From positions 496,001 through 560,000 of the forward strand of contig JAYWIR010000009.1 of assembly GCA_036172245.1 (NCBI GenBank): a stretch of DNA of 64,000 nt, in the 5' to 3' direction. This DNA comes from Raillietiella orientalis (Eukaryota). A program made the translations under genes and the position numbers. Positions 39,340 through 51,279 of this stretch are shown here, piece by piece. The first letter of the stretch is position 1. Each line of letters opens with the position of its first letter. Under the pieces are notes generated by a model, which did not search any database, had not been told where the DNA came from, and worked only from the letters and a program-made list of their open reading frames with translations.

Positions 39340-40900
39340 CATCTGTTATTCTAACAAGAACAGTTCTATAAAATCTTGTTGTTTACGTATTTTTCCAAGA
39401 ACTTTGCCTCTATCGTTCACAACATCGGAGTCAAATATCGCATCAGCAGTCTCCCTTAATTTGAAAAGGGCAATTCTTTTTCTGATGACACCAGTGCGAT
39501 GGACGCGGGTTGGCGGCTCTTGAACTATACAGCATCCCTTGTCAAAACTAACCACATTGAAAAAATTGCGGTCATATTCTGAAGGGAAGCATTTTCCAGG
39601 GAGGAATTCCAGCCGTTCCTCCAGCTGTTCCAAAATCTACATTCAGTGTTTACCAGAGTTCAGAAAAGCTTTCACGGCGCCATCAAGCTTATCAGAAATC
39701 ATCGACCTGCATCCTAATAATTCTGACCTGGGATCTCCAAAATACGAGATGCTGGAAGAATAATCGCATCGACTTTCTCCCCGATAACATCAGAAGAACA
39801 CGTCTCACATTTTAGCACATTTTTTCCAGTTTGAGAAAGATTCAGATGTTTTTTCGGATCTTCGACCACACTGCTGTGGCGTTCAGTAACATTAGGTTGG
39901 TGACAAATGCCATCATGCACAGTACGTGTAGATCCTTCAAAATAACCAACTGCAACGCCCCGTGTCCATTCAGTTCATACACACCGCTAGCTAACACACC
40001 CCTTGCAAGGATACTTTCAGCTAGAAACAAATTGCCACAGGCATCTCCCAGCTCAATGGGTTGCCTGCATAGCCATGTGCGAAAAAGCTCTTCATCTAAT
40101 CATGGTATTATTTGTCAGGACTGCCTTTAACACTGGCTACGATCCACGAAGAAGGACGGAAAGCCAGATAAGATGATTCCGTGTTTTCCATTCAAGGGGG
40201 CTGTTGGGGTCATCCATGCAGTCTCTGAGAAAGCATGAGTAGGAGCTCATCTTGGATGTGTGCCTTCAGCTTTCCTAGCTTTCTGGACGCGCAGTTGCAT
40301 GAGCAAAGAGCACCAGTTGCTGCCCTTCAGGAATTTGTTGAAACGGTGGTCGATCTGAAAATAACTGGCTTTGTGCTCTTATCTGACGTACATTGCTGAA
40401 TTTTTGTTGGAGGAATCGTAACAGTGGAAGAAAGAGAAAAGTGGCGAAGTATGTGGTGTGCAAAAGTGTGTGGTAAAGAACGTGCAAATCGGACTCGGGA
40501 TTTTCACTCCACTTTCGAGATGTGACCTCAGGGAAAGCAGAAACCTTTCTGTCTTTTCTAAATACGAAAAGTAGTCAGTTTCCCTCAGAAGTAGCTTCTT
40601 TACTTTAGGCACAAATTTGTGGTCGTCTTCGCAACCACGAAGGAAGGCTGCAAACACACCCCCTTACTGGTCAGTGTTTCGAAAGGCCCCTTGGGATTAA
40701 TCCACACGGTCGTCCTCCAAACTTTCTCTCCCGAAATAACAGAAACCTACTTCTTGTGTGATCCAAATCCATCCCTTTTATAGAAGAATAGCTAGAAAGC
40801 TGTTCTTCTTTAAGGAGGTGTATAAGTGGTGGCTTAGACGATGATTCTCTTTCTGCTAGAACATCCGGACGAGTCCTTCGAATTCGAAAGCATTTTCATC
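39340..40900 (-). pseudogene. NACHT pseudogene inside GPCR intron 3
   Basis: VSVISGEKVWRTT, VLFAHATARPES, IILSGFPS, FRTWLCRQPIELGDAC, LASGVYEL, MLLNATAVWSKIRKNI. Confidence 0.5.
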
Positions 40901-40976
40901 CGCCAACTAATCTTGACGTCTCTTACACATTTAAAATAACGTATCCGATGGCAAAAGGTCAAACGTAGGGAACGAA

Positions 40977-41614
40977 GCCCGCGTTGGCCGTGAGGCTTCG
41001 GTGGCACCAAGCGTTGCGGGTTCGAATCCCCACGTGGAGGATCGATCCCGAGAAATGGGTGCGGTTTTGCAGATTTCGAGTCCTCCCCCCTCCCGCAGGG
41101 AGACGCTGGTTGGTCTGTAGTCTTCGAGTGCGGTGCCGATGAAAGCCGGAAACCGGATGCCCCGTTGACTGTCCGAGATTGGAAGTTGACCCTCCGGGGT
41201 CCTTCCGGGAATCACGGAGCCGGTTGAGCTGGTTGATACTCCCAGGTTGCCTAAGGGCAGGGGGGTTGCCTCCCCAGAGTGTTCACGTAGTGCACTGCTC
41301 CCTTTGAGGATCGCCCTTCAGAGAAATTTGGAAGCTTCCCTTCGGGATTCCCTTCAGAGGAGTAACAAGGAGTGATTCCATTGCGGGTGCCCTTCGAAGA
41401 AGAAATGACAAGTGGAGCCCTCCAGGACGTTCCTCTGGAGAGAATAAGGAAGAGGTTCCTTTCAGGGTTCCCTAGCAAGCATAAGAGGAACAAGCTCCTT
41501 CCTCCGGAGGTTTCCTGGATTGATCGGTCCCTCCAGAGCACTCCCTATAAATTGAAGAGTCACGCGTCCCCTCAGGTGGCATGGATAGTGTTAAATAGTT
41601 TCGTGGACCCTCTC
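40977..41614 (+). mobile_element. tRNA-derived SINE, copy 4 (full length)
   Basis: GCCCGCGTTGGCCGTGAGG (A-box-like) and perfect Pol III B-box GGTTCGAATCC at 41019-41029. Confidence 0.8.
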
Positions 41615-41899
41615 TGCCTATCTCCCGGAGTCGTACGGCTCCTGAAACAAAGCATCAAAGCACAACATCTCTTCTGATCCAGATGAAAGAACGAATCCCT
41701 TCAACCTGCTTGCAGTGGAAATTCTTCCCACGGTAAACTTTCTGGGAGACACTGAAGCAGTCGATTCTGCAACACTGCGTTGCAGTTCATCATTTGCTTC
41801 GTTTCTTTCGAGATGGAACTTCGATGGGAAGAATCGTGAAATCTCTGTCTTCTTTAAATGAAAACACCTGCCTTCTCATTTGAACTTTTTTCCAAAGTT

Positions 41900-43000
41900 C
41901 ATTTTCCCTCTTGAGGAAACTCTTTCTACAGTCGGCCATTTTGCCTCCACTGTTCCATCGCCATGTTGAACTCAGTCGCGATCGAGAAATTCAACGCTTT
42001 GCTGAAGTCGCTCGGGCATGATGGTCAGTGGCATTTCTTCTTATGAGGTGCCGAAGATAAACGGGGTTCCGAAGGGGAGATATGAACCCGCTCATTACTT
42101 CTGACCGTTGTTCCATCCGTTATTAGTCATAAGTATGCATGCAGAATTCCTGAGGGAATATCCTCAGGGCTTTCTGCATCTCTTGGGATACCAAGCTCAC
42201 GCTTTCGTAAAACAGATACGCACGAGTTATGGACTGTAGTCTCGTTCTTTGGGCGGCTCTTGCTTGGGACGATTCTCAGATGCCACGGTTTTTCTTGAAG
42301 TGACCCCGAAAAATTAGCGTTCTTGAACCTTTCAATGTCATCAAGCGAAACGCATGCTGTTTGTCGCCACAAGGCGAAGAGGTCACTGAGACGGCTGAAA
42401 TAATCTCGTAAACGAGCAATGGCATAAAAAAGTGCTGCCAAAGGGAGTGGGTTCGACAAAATGCCGTATCGGGGAACTTTTAGTCCTTAGAAAAGATTTG
42501 ACTGACTGCTTTCAACGTTCTGGCAGCATGGCATCAGATCGCAGCTGCTGTGATGGCAGGAAGATGGCGAAGCGATCCTTCCAAAAAGGTTTCGAGGAAC
42601 GTTTTGCGATCTTCTCATCCCATCGACTGGGAGTTTCATCTCATCTCCTGGAGCGAACAGGAATGAGCGAGGTGACCAACGCTTTGCGAAGAAAGCAGTC
42701 TTCTTTCTTCTTGCGTCTGTCCTCGGATCACGAAGCCATCTTTTCTTCTTTTCCTTCCGGGCTCAATCTCTTCACAGGCCAGCATGGCTCTCTTGGGCAA
42801 TGCTGGTCGGTGGAGGATATGTCACGTCACTTTGCATGCGGTCTGAGGGTTCCTCCTTTTTGCACAGGATAGCGGCGACCGAGAAAGTGGTCTCTGATGA
42901 TGATGATACCGTTTTGAATGCTGCTCCTACCCATGACACATTCGAGTTAGCACCATGTGGCACCATGTGACTCCCTCAACCTCTTTTCTAGCATCTTTCT
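41900..43000 (-). pseudogene. NACHT pseudogene inside GPCR intron 3
   Basis: VSWVGAAFKTV, KALVTSL, LSNPLPLAALFYAIARLRDYFSRLSDLF (LC.NPL.L...LP.TLT.LY-like). Confidence 0.5.
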
Positions 43001-43569
43001 AGCTGACGATATTTCCGGTCAGCATTCCCACTGACTTGAAGAAGAAGAATTTTCCTCTTCGAGCTTACAGACATGATCCCGGAAGTTCATGGCGAAAGAT
43101 CCGTGTTGAAAAAAAGACACTTGCGAAGGGCAGTATCAAGAAAGAACGCTTCAAAGACTTATGCAGAAAAAAGAATATCACGAGAATATCACGGGGTCCT
43201 GACCTCTAAGACTGGACTCTCTGAGCGTTTGAAGGAAGAATGCTTCGAAGATTATTCTTCAGCAAATCTCGGCAAGAACGAAATCCATCTCACCGGTTGT
43301 ACATAGGATAACAAAAGATACGCACACATCTTGGATTTCGTTTCGGGGCTGTGGAAAGTCAAATATTCTTGGTGGCTCCTTCAGTAGACAAAGTCTTCAA
43401 ACGTAGTCGCGCACAGAAAAATAATTAAAGGGGAGAAGGATGACATTCGAGTTTTTCCTCAAAGATGTGAAGTCTCCAGGAAGTCCTTGGAGGTGACATT
43501 CATCGACCTCCTGATAAAAGGTGTTGCAGGGAGAACGACGGCAGCGAGTCTGCCTGGAAGTTGTGATTT

Positions 43570-45300
43570 ATGTCTCTCCCACTTCCTTCTGGAAAGAAAC
43601 TAAAAACAGAACAGAGAGATCCGGTAAGCTAGAAAAACAAAAAAAAGAACACTCTTCTGTGTGCAGACGGGAGACACTGTTGTCATACGTTTCCCTAGAG
43701 ATTCCTTCTAAAATTCTTCCACAACCATCTGCGTTCGAGAAGTCCTCGAAGGAAGGCAACTCCTGGAGAAGGGGAGCAAGCAAACTGGATGAGTCAATCG
43801 AATGGACTATCGACTCATGCCAGCAAGACCCTCCCATGATCTCGTTCTTCGGTCTCTTCCACAAAGGGACCTCAGAGTGAAGATTTGCGTCTCCTGAGTG
43901 CAAGAATGCTGTGCTCCGTGCCGAACGGCATCGCAGGAAAGACTTCCCTCGCATTCATAATCGTGGCGTTCGGAAAACCGGAAGCTCTTCGTAGCACTCT
44001 GAAGGCGAAAGGAGTGAAAGGAAAGAAGAGGAAGAAAGAAAAAGTAAAGCTGTTCGCTTGTGCTCCGATCGGTCTCAATCTGTCCTCAGCTTCCTCTCCT
44101 CTTCGATCCTTTTATCCTCAGATTCTGCATTGGTGATCCAAGGAGGCCCCTTCGTCTCCTTCTCCGGATACTCTGTTTGCTACGGAACGAATGATGGTTT
44201 CGCAGAAAACCACAAAGAGAAAAAAGGACAGATTATGTACTTCGGAGCTTTGGGCATCCCAACTCCCTCACCCTCCCCTTTACGGCCCGCGGCGAACTCT
44301 CGAGAAGGTCCACTACTCGCAGTGCGAGAAAGTTCAGGCTGTCCCGGAAATACAAAGGAAAAGTAGGAAAAGGGAGAAAATCCATAGTCGCCATCGTTCC
44401 GCTGCTTCTGTTTACCTTTCCTCGTTGTCGAAGAGGTGCTGCTGCACAACGCATGCAAGTGGTAGGAAGCTCTCCATGATTCGGTAAACGCACAGATGGG
44501 TCGCCAAGCTTCTATTTCGATATCGAAGACGTTTACCACTGTGTCCAAGGCGGATTGTGTACTTGCTTGTTTTCCAATGGACCAGCGGTGTGCCGTGTTC
44601 ACCGCATAAATCGACACCTGGTTCCCGAGAACGTGACGTCTCTGCTGTCTCTGCTGTAATGGATGCTGGACAACACCATTATCTCTCCTTCGAAGACATC
44701 ATGATTTCTTGTTGGCAAGAGACGGTTGTCGGACGAGTTCCACTCCACCATTTCATGTGCACCACGAGGCCAAGTCTGTCTGCTCGAGTTGCAGTGCCTC
44801 AAGGGTTCGCACTCTTCTTCAGAGCGATGTCTGCATTTGTTGCTTCCAAGGGTGCGCTATGCTCCGCGCCTAGCAGATGCCCCGGATGCCTTCGATGCTC
44901 GACACCGTCGCAACCACCTTCACCAACTCATCTGCATACCCTTGGGGATGTCCAGTTCTCGCACCACATCCTCGTTCTTGAGGACCTCGGTGACCCCGCC
45001 AACCGAATCACCACGGGGAAAGCGAGGCGCCTGCGTTCCATATTCGCCTTTGGAGTCCTTGTCGCGCCTCCTTGAACTCTGCCGTGAACTGCCCCGATGA
45101 GCAGCACGCTTCGAGTATCGTGACGGAGCTCTCTATTTCCTCGGGTCGTACCAATGACAAGTCGCCCTTTGGTTGAGGGCCAGGAGTTATCCTCCGTCAC
45201 CTTCTTGGTGAAGCCGATCGAGGTTTCCTCGTCTTCCTTTTCTTCAGTCTCTTGACCTGGACGACGGTAAGTGCGAAGGCATTTGCGGACTGTGACCCCA
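43570..45300 (-). pseudogene. NACHT pseudogene inside GPCR intron 3
   Basis: TRSVLLIGAVHG (Walker A), LAFPVVIRLAG, HEMVEWNSSDNR, ASTQSALDTVV, YHLHALCS; shares 44700-45293 with 52354-52947. Confidence 0.5.
44700..45293. repeat. Near-identical direct repeat C, copy 1 (partner 52354-52947)
   Basis: 594 bp, offset 7654, about 4 mismatches by eye. Confidence 0.95.
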
Positions 45301-45679
45301 TAAAGATGTGTTGTTGCTTCTTCGTTTGTCTGCTTACCGTCTCGTAATTCTTTGCGTTGGCTGCCTCTCGGAATGAATGAGACAGCGGGCAGGGCAGAAG
45401 GAGTTTCGGTGCCGCATCACGAAGGTGCTCGCGGACCTGGATGGCACTGGTGAATCGGCCCGAAGAAGAGTGTAAGATGTATTTGTGTGAGATTAAGCAA
45501 ATAGTGAGAAGTGCTGTTCCTCAAAGGAAGGGGTATCTGAATGTTGAGGATCTGCTTGAATGCAAACTTACTTGTTCCTCCTAATTGCAGTGGAACGTAC
45601 TTATAACTAACTTCGCTTTCAAAAGTACAGAGGAAGCGGAGAAGAATATCGATTAACACACTCTTTTGTCCTTTTCCAG

Positions 45680-45970
45680 TGCCTTGTTTTCATGAAACTC
45701 TGGAACTGCAAGACGTTCGGCGAAATCCTGAACGTAGTGCCTGAAGATGGCTCATCATACCACACCAAGTCCCCGCATTATAGTGACTACACTTCACAAA
45801 ACAGTCGGCACATGAAAGTGGAAACAGCACCCGGGTCTGTCTCATCCGGTGGCACGCCGCACGTTGAGTACGAAGAGCTCAGTGCGACTGAGCTGTTGAA
45901 GAAGACCAGAGAATTCTCGTCTCAATCTTCCTACACTGATTCCCACGCCCTGTCTGATTTTCATCCATAG
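45680..45970 (+). CDS. Probable terminal coding exon 4 of the GPCR (end of TM7 and Ser/Thr-rich cytoplasmic tail)
   Basis: Strong polypyrimidine acceptor ctcttttgtccttttccAG|TGC, phase 0. CLVFMKLWNCK completes TM7 after ...IIQIVM. Open for 96 codons to TAG 45968-45970. The link to exon 3 is inferred from phase and topology. Confidence 0.65.
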   Translation, partial: CLVFMKLWNCKTFGEILNVVPEDGSSYHTKSPHYSDYTSQNSRHMKVETAPGSVSSGGTPHVEYEELSATELLKKTREFSSQSSYTDSHALSDFHP

Positions 45971-46829
45971 AGGACTGGCCTCTTTTCATGTTCACCAGAA
46001 ACATCTTTGAGTAGCACCAGTTTTAAAAAGCAGTGGTGATCACCTCTTGACTTCGATCGTCGTTTTCGCAACGATTAAAAATGCTTCTATGCTCTTGCTT
46101 CCTGACCCTCGGTGGACGAAATGTTACAGTTCCCTAACTGGGGTTCAGTGTTCTCAGTTAGAAGGTCAGAAAGGATGAGAGAAAGATGCCACACACATCC
46201 GCAGAATCTGGGAAGCGGCAACCGAACTTCGCTTCCTACAGTGAAAGAATAAAGATTTACTTAATCTGTGATTCAATCCTTTCTCTTTGACCACTGTCTT
46301 TTTCCCCGTAGCAATCTGGCTCCATTGACAGGAAAGCATCAATAGCTGCCGACCTCGGTAAGTAGCGAGCGACTTTTCCATAGACTTCCTGAGGACATAA
46401 ACACTGAGCTGACCAGGCTGAACTGGTTTGCTATACACTAAAGATAAAAACATGGGAAAGGCAACGCTTGCCTCCTGCTCTCCTGTATGATCAACAGGTC
46501 ATAAAGAACAGTATGCTCATTGTGATTCGAAACAGATGATCAAGCTCTGAGAACATCTTTGTCAAGGTCTGGACCTTGTGAAGGGTATCTGATCGTAGGC
46601 CTCGTTAGCATTCTTCCTTCCATTGAGATCGAGTGGATTCTTCCACTGTTTTCATCACTTCATTTCCCACTCACGTGTGGGCACCGTCACAGAGTCGGGA
46701 CCCACGAGCCGTTCCTAGCTGCTAGTTGCCGAATCGATCCCAGCCGCTTTCCATGAGCTCTTGGCAACGTCGATCAGACAGGAGCACGTAGCAAACATGG
46801 GAGTCAATGATCGCAGATGAGACGAAAGG

Positions 46830-48330
46830 GCGCTTACGACCTCAACTGCGTTCCGGGTTCGAAGCTCCAGCGATCTTCTGAATAACCTTGTTTCAAGAAT
46901 CCTCTTATCGCATTAAACTCAGTCTGAAGCCACTGGATGAAGAACGCTAAGTACCAAACGCATTTGGAGACGTAGGGCGCAAAGGAGGCGGCCGTTTCGC
47001 TGCCTCTTTGTCTCACCGAAAGGTCCAACAAAGTGAGTGAGGACCACAGCACGACAAGCAGAAAGTTCGAATTACCATCCATGCAGATCTCGAGTTCAAA
47101 TCCAGAGGTGCAATTGGCACCACCTGACCAGAGCAGCGGTGCTTGAGTTGGCAGGATCAGATACGAAAGATGCGTTAGCTGTATCAGCGGCACCGGAACT
47201 CCATTTGAATTTTCCGGGCGACTTAGCAGCGTGCAATGGCGACAGAGTTAGTGAAAACTTCCCGCTCCCTGACAAACTTTTAATGGGATGTTCATGACTT
47301 CCAAGTATCTAAGAGTAATGAAAGCTGGTTAATCTGGATCGTTCATTGCTTATTCAGAGTGCCCTTTATGGCTACGCAAAATTAATGATTTCCGATGCAG
47401 AATTAGTGGTTAGTTAGGAATCCATGAATATGAGGATGATTTGCTCGTGAGACATCACGTCACATCGATGTGTCAGAGTCTACGGTTGTTCCAGTACCTA
47501 CAATTCGTTCCATGGAAATCCAATCCAAGATTGCTTTCGACCTTTCACTTCTCGCACAAGGTTACATACAACCCTTTAGAAAACATCTTCAAAACGGTAC
47601 CAGAAGCTTTCACAATCTTCGTAGCCATTTTATGATCCTGAATAATCCTAAAGGGAGTTCCGTCTGGCTCAACACGAAACGAAATCTAAAACAAATTTAC
47701 CTCCATGCTCCAACAGACGTGTAAAGAAAATAGAAAACGTCAACCTTTTGAAGTGATGGGAGGGATTTTAAACCGAAATGGCTTGTATATTGGTCCAATG
47801 CAAGTCTTCCAGGCGCGGAAATTCGTTTAAAATTAGGGCGCATTAGATCTAAATTGGGGAACAGAAAGAAATTTTCGAGGATATCCCCCTCAGGAATAAA
47901 TCGAAATTCATTCCACCCAGGAACCAGCAACCGAAAATGCAACTGGATTTCTACCTTTGCAAATTCAGTCCCATGAGATGCATGGACTGTGCTTCTCCAG
48001 GGGACGTCAAAAGACGGTTGGAGATAGGCACCGTACTAGAGCAGGATGTCGGAGCCTTCTTGAGCATCCAAAGTACTAAGCGCGATGCCTCCAGTAAAGC
48101 AGATGCACAGATGCATCGACTGCGAACACGGATAAACATGAGGCTGCCTTGTAACCGAGTCCCGACTTTGTATCCTTCTCCCTGGCGTCTGCCATGCATA
48201 TAATCGGAGAGATTGGTAATCTGAGCCTTGGTATTTGGTAGCCTCCTCGGTCAATGGTGCACTTCTAACCTGACACCATGCGTCCAGGAGTGACCCCCTC
48301 GTTCCTAATATCTCGTCCCTAGACATTCCT
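46830..48330 (-). pseudogene. NACHT pseudogene
   Basis: WCQVRSAPLTEE...DYQSLRL, RLLTSPGEAQSM, CWFLGGMNFDLFLR, NHPHIHGFLTNH (H.SIQEFLAA-like). Confidence 0.45.
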
Positions 48331-48559
48331 ACTTGATCAGTGTCTTGAACGCGAAGAGGCCACGTGCGGAGTCGAACTGCCGGTCGCTTCCTCTCCAGCG
48401 GTCTCCATACGCTGCACGAGCTACAGATTCATACATGCCAACATGTCTGAAGCTCCATAGGAAACGAATGAGAGATTCATCTTGCCGACGGTACCGCAAA
48501 TGGAGTGAGATGCTGCCGCGCATTCCAAATCATGAAGCGTGGCACTAAACTGGAACTAA

Positions 48560-51270
48560 ACGCCAGCTAGCACAATGCGTTTGCTACAACAGGAAGGCGA
48601 TTCTTGAGCATCGGGACGTCCAGACCAGCAACCAAGCAACACCTGACATGGAGCCGTCGTTTCCATCCGAACTCTCCCTGGAAAGCGAGCCAGGTCGCCA
48701 TGATCGACTTGTTTGGAAAAAGGGTGCTGCAGCTCCGAAGAAGCGAGCAAGCGAAAATACTGCAACCAGAGCTTTCTCTCCCACTCTTAGGGCACCATGA
48801 GTCGGTTGCAATTGCCATCGGCTCATCAGGATTTGGAGATTCCAAGAACGGAGATGTTTCGAGAGAAGAAGGAGCCTCTGAAACGCAGGCGAACCACTCT
48901 GTTTGCGGAATGGACGAAGGGGTTGCATTGAACGAAGGTCTTGAAGACCTTCAGCCCCACGTTCCGTCCATCTTCAGGTTTCATGCGTGTGAGGATATGG
49001 AATCGATTCCATAGAGCCTCCGCCCGCATTCGCACCGATTCGTACCCCGTTCTTTTGGGTCGCCGGTATTCTGGGCGGCTTTTTTCTCCGAACGACGTCC
49101 CAATCTATGGCTTTGTCGGATGCAACAGCTACATTGCATGTCAGAAGATCTGTAGGAAGACTCCTCATCTTATCGAGGTGCAGCTACGGGGTCTCCTGTT
49201 CTCGAATGACCTCTCCATTTGGGTAATCTCGGTCTCCCCCTATTAGGGATGGAACGGTCATCTGAACATTCATCTTCGACAGGAAGGCATCGAGGTCTTC
49301 GCTCGTGGTCTTCTTCCTGTTCGAAGAACCTCCGAACGCATGTGCTCTCAAAGAGGCAAGCAACGTCCGGGATGACCACTTTTCCCTCTTCCTTACGTAG
49401 TCTCAGATCGGAACCTGGACAAGAGTCTCGCCCTGCAGGGAAGAGCCTCTTGCAGGAGCCAGTTCTCAGCTCCCTTCGGTGGAACCGTCTTGAATCGGTA
49501 AAGAAATGGATCGTGTCGGAGAGTGTACCGGTTGGGAATGCCTCCTCAAGCAGGGATTCTGTGGAGGTTCCCAGCGTCTCATCCCGAACTGGACATCTTC
49601 AGCAGCTGCGGTCTTGTTTGCGACATGCAAAGCCCTCTGATCCTGAGAGCATTGGTCGCTTGAGGCATTCGTCATATAAAAATCGGATGGACCTCTTATT
49701 GAAGTCAGAGAGCGCCTCGGACTTCCATGCAACCCGACGCATGGCATGTTTTTTACCCGTTCCCTGAAACTCTCCATCGGACAATGACACGCTCGACTCT
49801 TCTGAAGTTTGCAAGCTCTCAGGGAGGACTTCCTGTTTGTGGTTTCTTTGAATGTATTGATGCCAACGACAATCTAAAGCTGTCTATCTGTAGATGTCCA
49901 CTTTGATGTCATGATGGTACCTGTCTCCAATGTGTTGGATGCAAGGTCAAGGTACCATCGAGCATCGTACTCGTACTCAGTAAACGCACCGGTTTGGACG
50001 CCCTCTCAACCACCGAGCACATATCTACTTGATCAGGCTTCCATAAGGGGACCAAGAACGCTTCAGACTTGCTCAAAGCTGAAACTCGGATGGAGAAAGC
50101 CTTTCTCTATGGGCAGGAAGGAGGATGAAGCGAACTCGCGTAACGAGCTGTTACCTCAACAAGGGACACCACTCTTGTAGAATTCTGAAGGCTTGTGGTG
50201 CTACAAAGGTGGCTAGACACTGGTGATTTTTTTAAATTTATATGAAGGAAAGCGCGATTTGTAGTTCATGCTCAGAGAGAAGAAAATTTGTGAATTCAGG
50301 TGTAGAGACATACTCAAAAGTATCTCTCCTGGTTTCTGATTGGCAGGCTAAGGATGGGTTGAACGCATAGGTAAAGGATGTTTAGTCTATGTGTTTCCTT
50401 CTCGAGGGATGCTGAACCTCTAATCCTTAGCTTTCCTTTCCTCTTGTCCATCTCAGGAAAGTAATGGTTTATTTGCCTGCCTTATGGGCTGAACGCACGT
50501 TATAAATAGCACTCAGTAGTCCTAATGTTATGATGCGGACTTCCTTCTCGTGGTTGCATCGAATTTACCATCTATATCCACATAATCGAGTCTTCTGCAG
50601 CATTCAGCACAGGCAGGGCATCTCCTGTGCCCGGCGGCTTCAGACTCTCGGACGAAGGTGCTCAGAATCACGCAGTCAAGTCGCTAGAAGCGTTTGGCGT
50701 CCCGCGGTTCCCAAAATGCAAGGAGACAAAGTTGTCCAAATGGAGGAAAACTCTTCTGGTCTTGAGTGGAAAATCCGCGTGTCCTCACAGCTGGGTTGAA
50801 CCCTCCTGACAACGTCGTCGCCTCAACACGGAGCTCACTCGACTTGGAGGGAAGTTTCCTTCCGGTGTCTGGTAGCAGTCTCTGCGAAGTCTCGTGAGAC
50901 CTCTGTCAAGGTCTCGTGATCTGGAAATTCGCAGTCCAAACTCCATTGGAGTACCCGGATTATCCCTTCCTCATCTCGCTTGAGCCTCCAATAAAACAAT
51001 GAAACTCATTCAAATTTGCAGAAGTCGGACTGATTTTTTCAAAAGTCTTTTCAGTTGTTTCTTTCTTCTGATCCTTCTTCCCTTCCAGACCAAGAGTCGA
51101 TACAGAGGTGAGTTCTTCCTGATCTCCCTCTATCGTTATAGCATCCTCTGTGAAAGGAGCACTTCTCAATATCTTCCTCCTCCTAAGATGAAGCGTTTCA
51201 ATCCCGTCAGCGCATCACTTCCTTTCCACAAAGGAAATTTTTCCCTCATTAATCTCACCATTTTCTGTCA
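48560..51270 (-). pseudogene. NACHT pseudogene with downstream helical region
   Basis: RSAPFTED, CFIGGSSEMRKG, LPVLNAAEDS, HNIRTTE, RAFSP*GRQINHYFPE, LNILYLCVQPILSL; largely one frame with stops over 50340-50630. Confidence 0.52.
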
Positions 51271-51279
51271 CGACCTTTA

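Noticed and set aside
40977..41040. Functional tRNA gene
   Set aside because: A B-box is present but there is no full cloverleaf or T-run terminator, and it is attached to a repeated 600-bp body, so it is a SINE head.
41130..41165. Hammerhead ribozyme in the SINE (CCGATGA...GGAAAC)
   Set aside because: The core is CCGAUGA rather than CUGAUGA, stems are not supported, and the motif is not conserved in copies 1 and 3.
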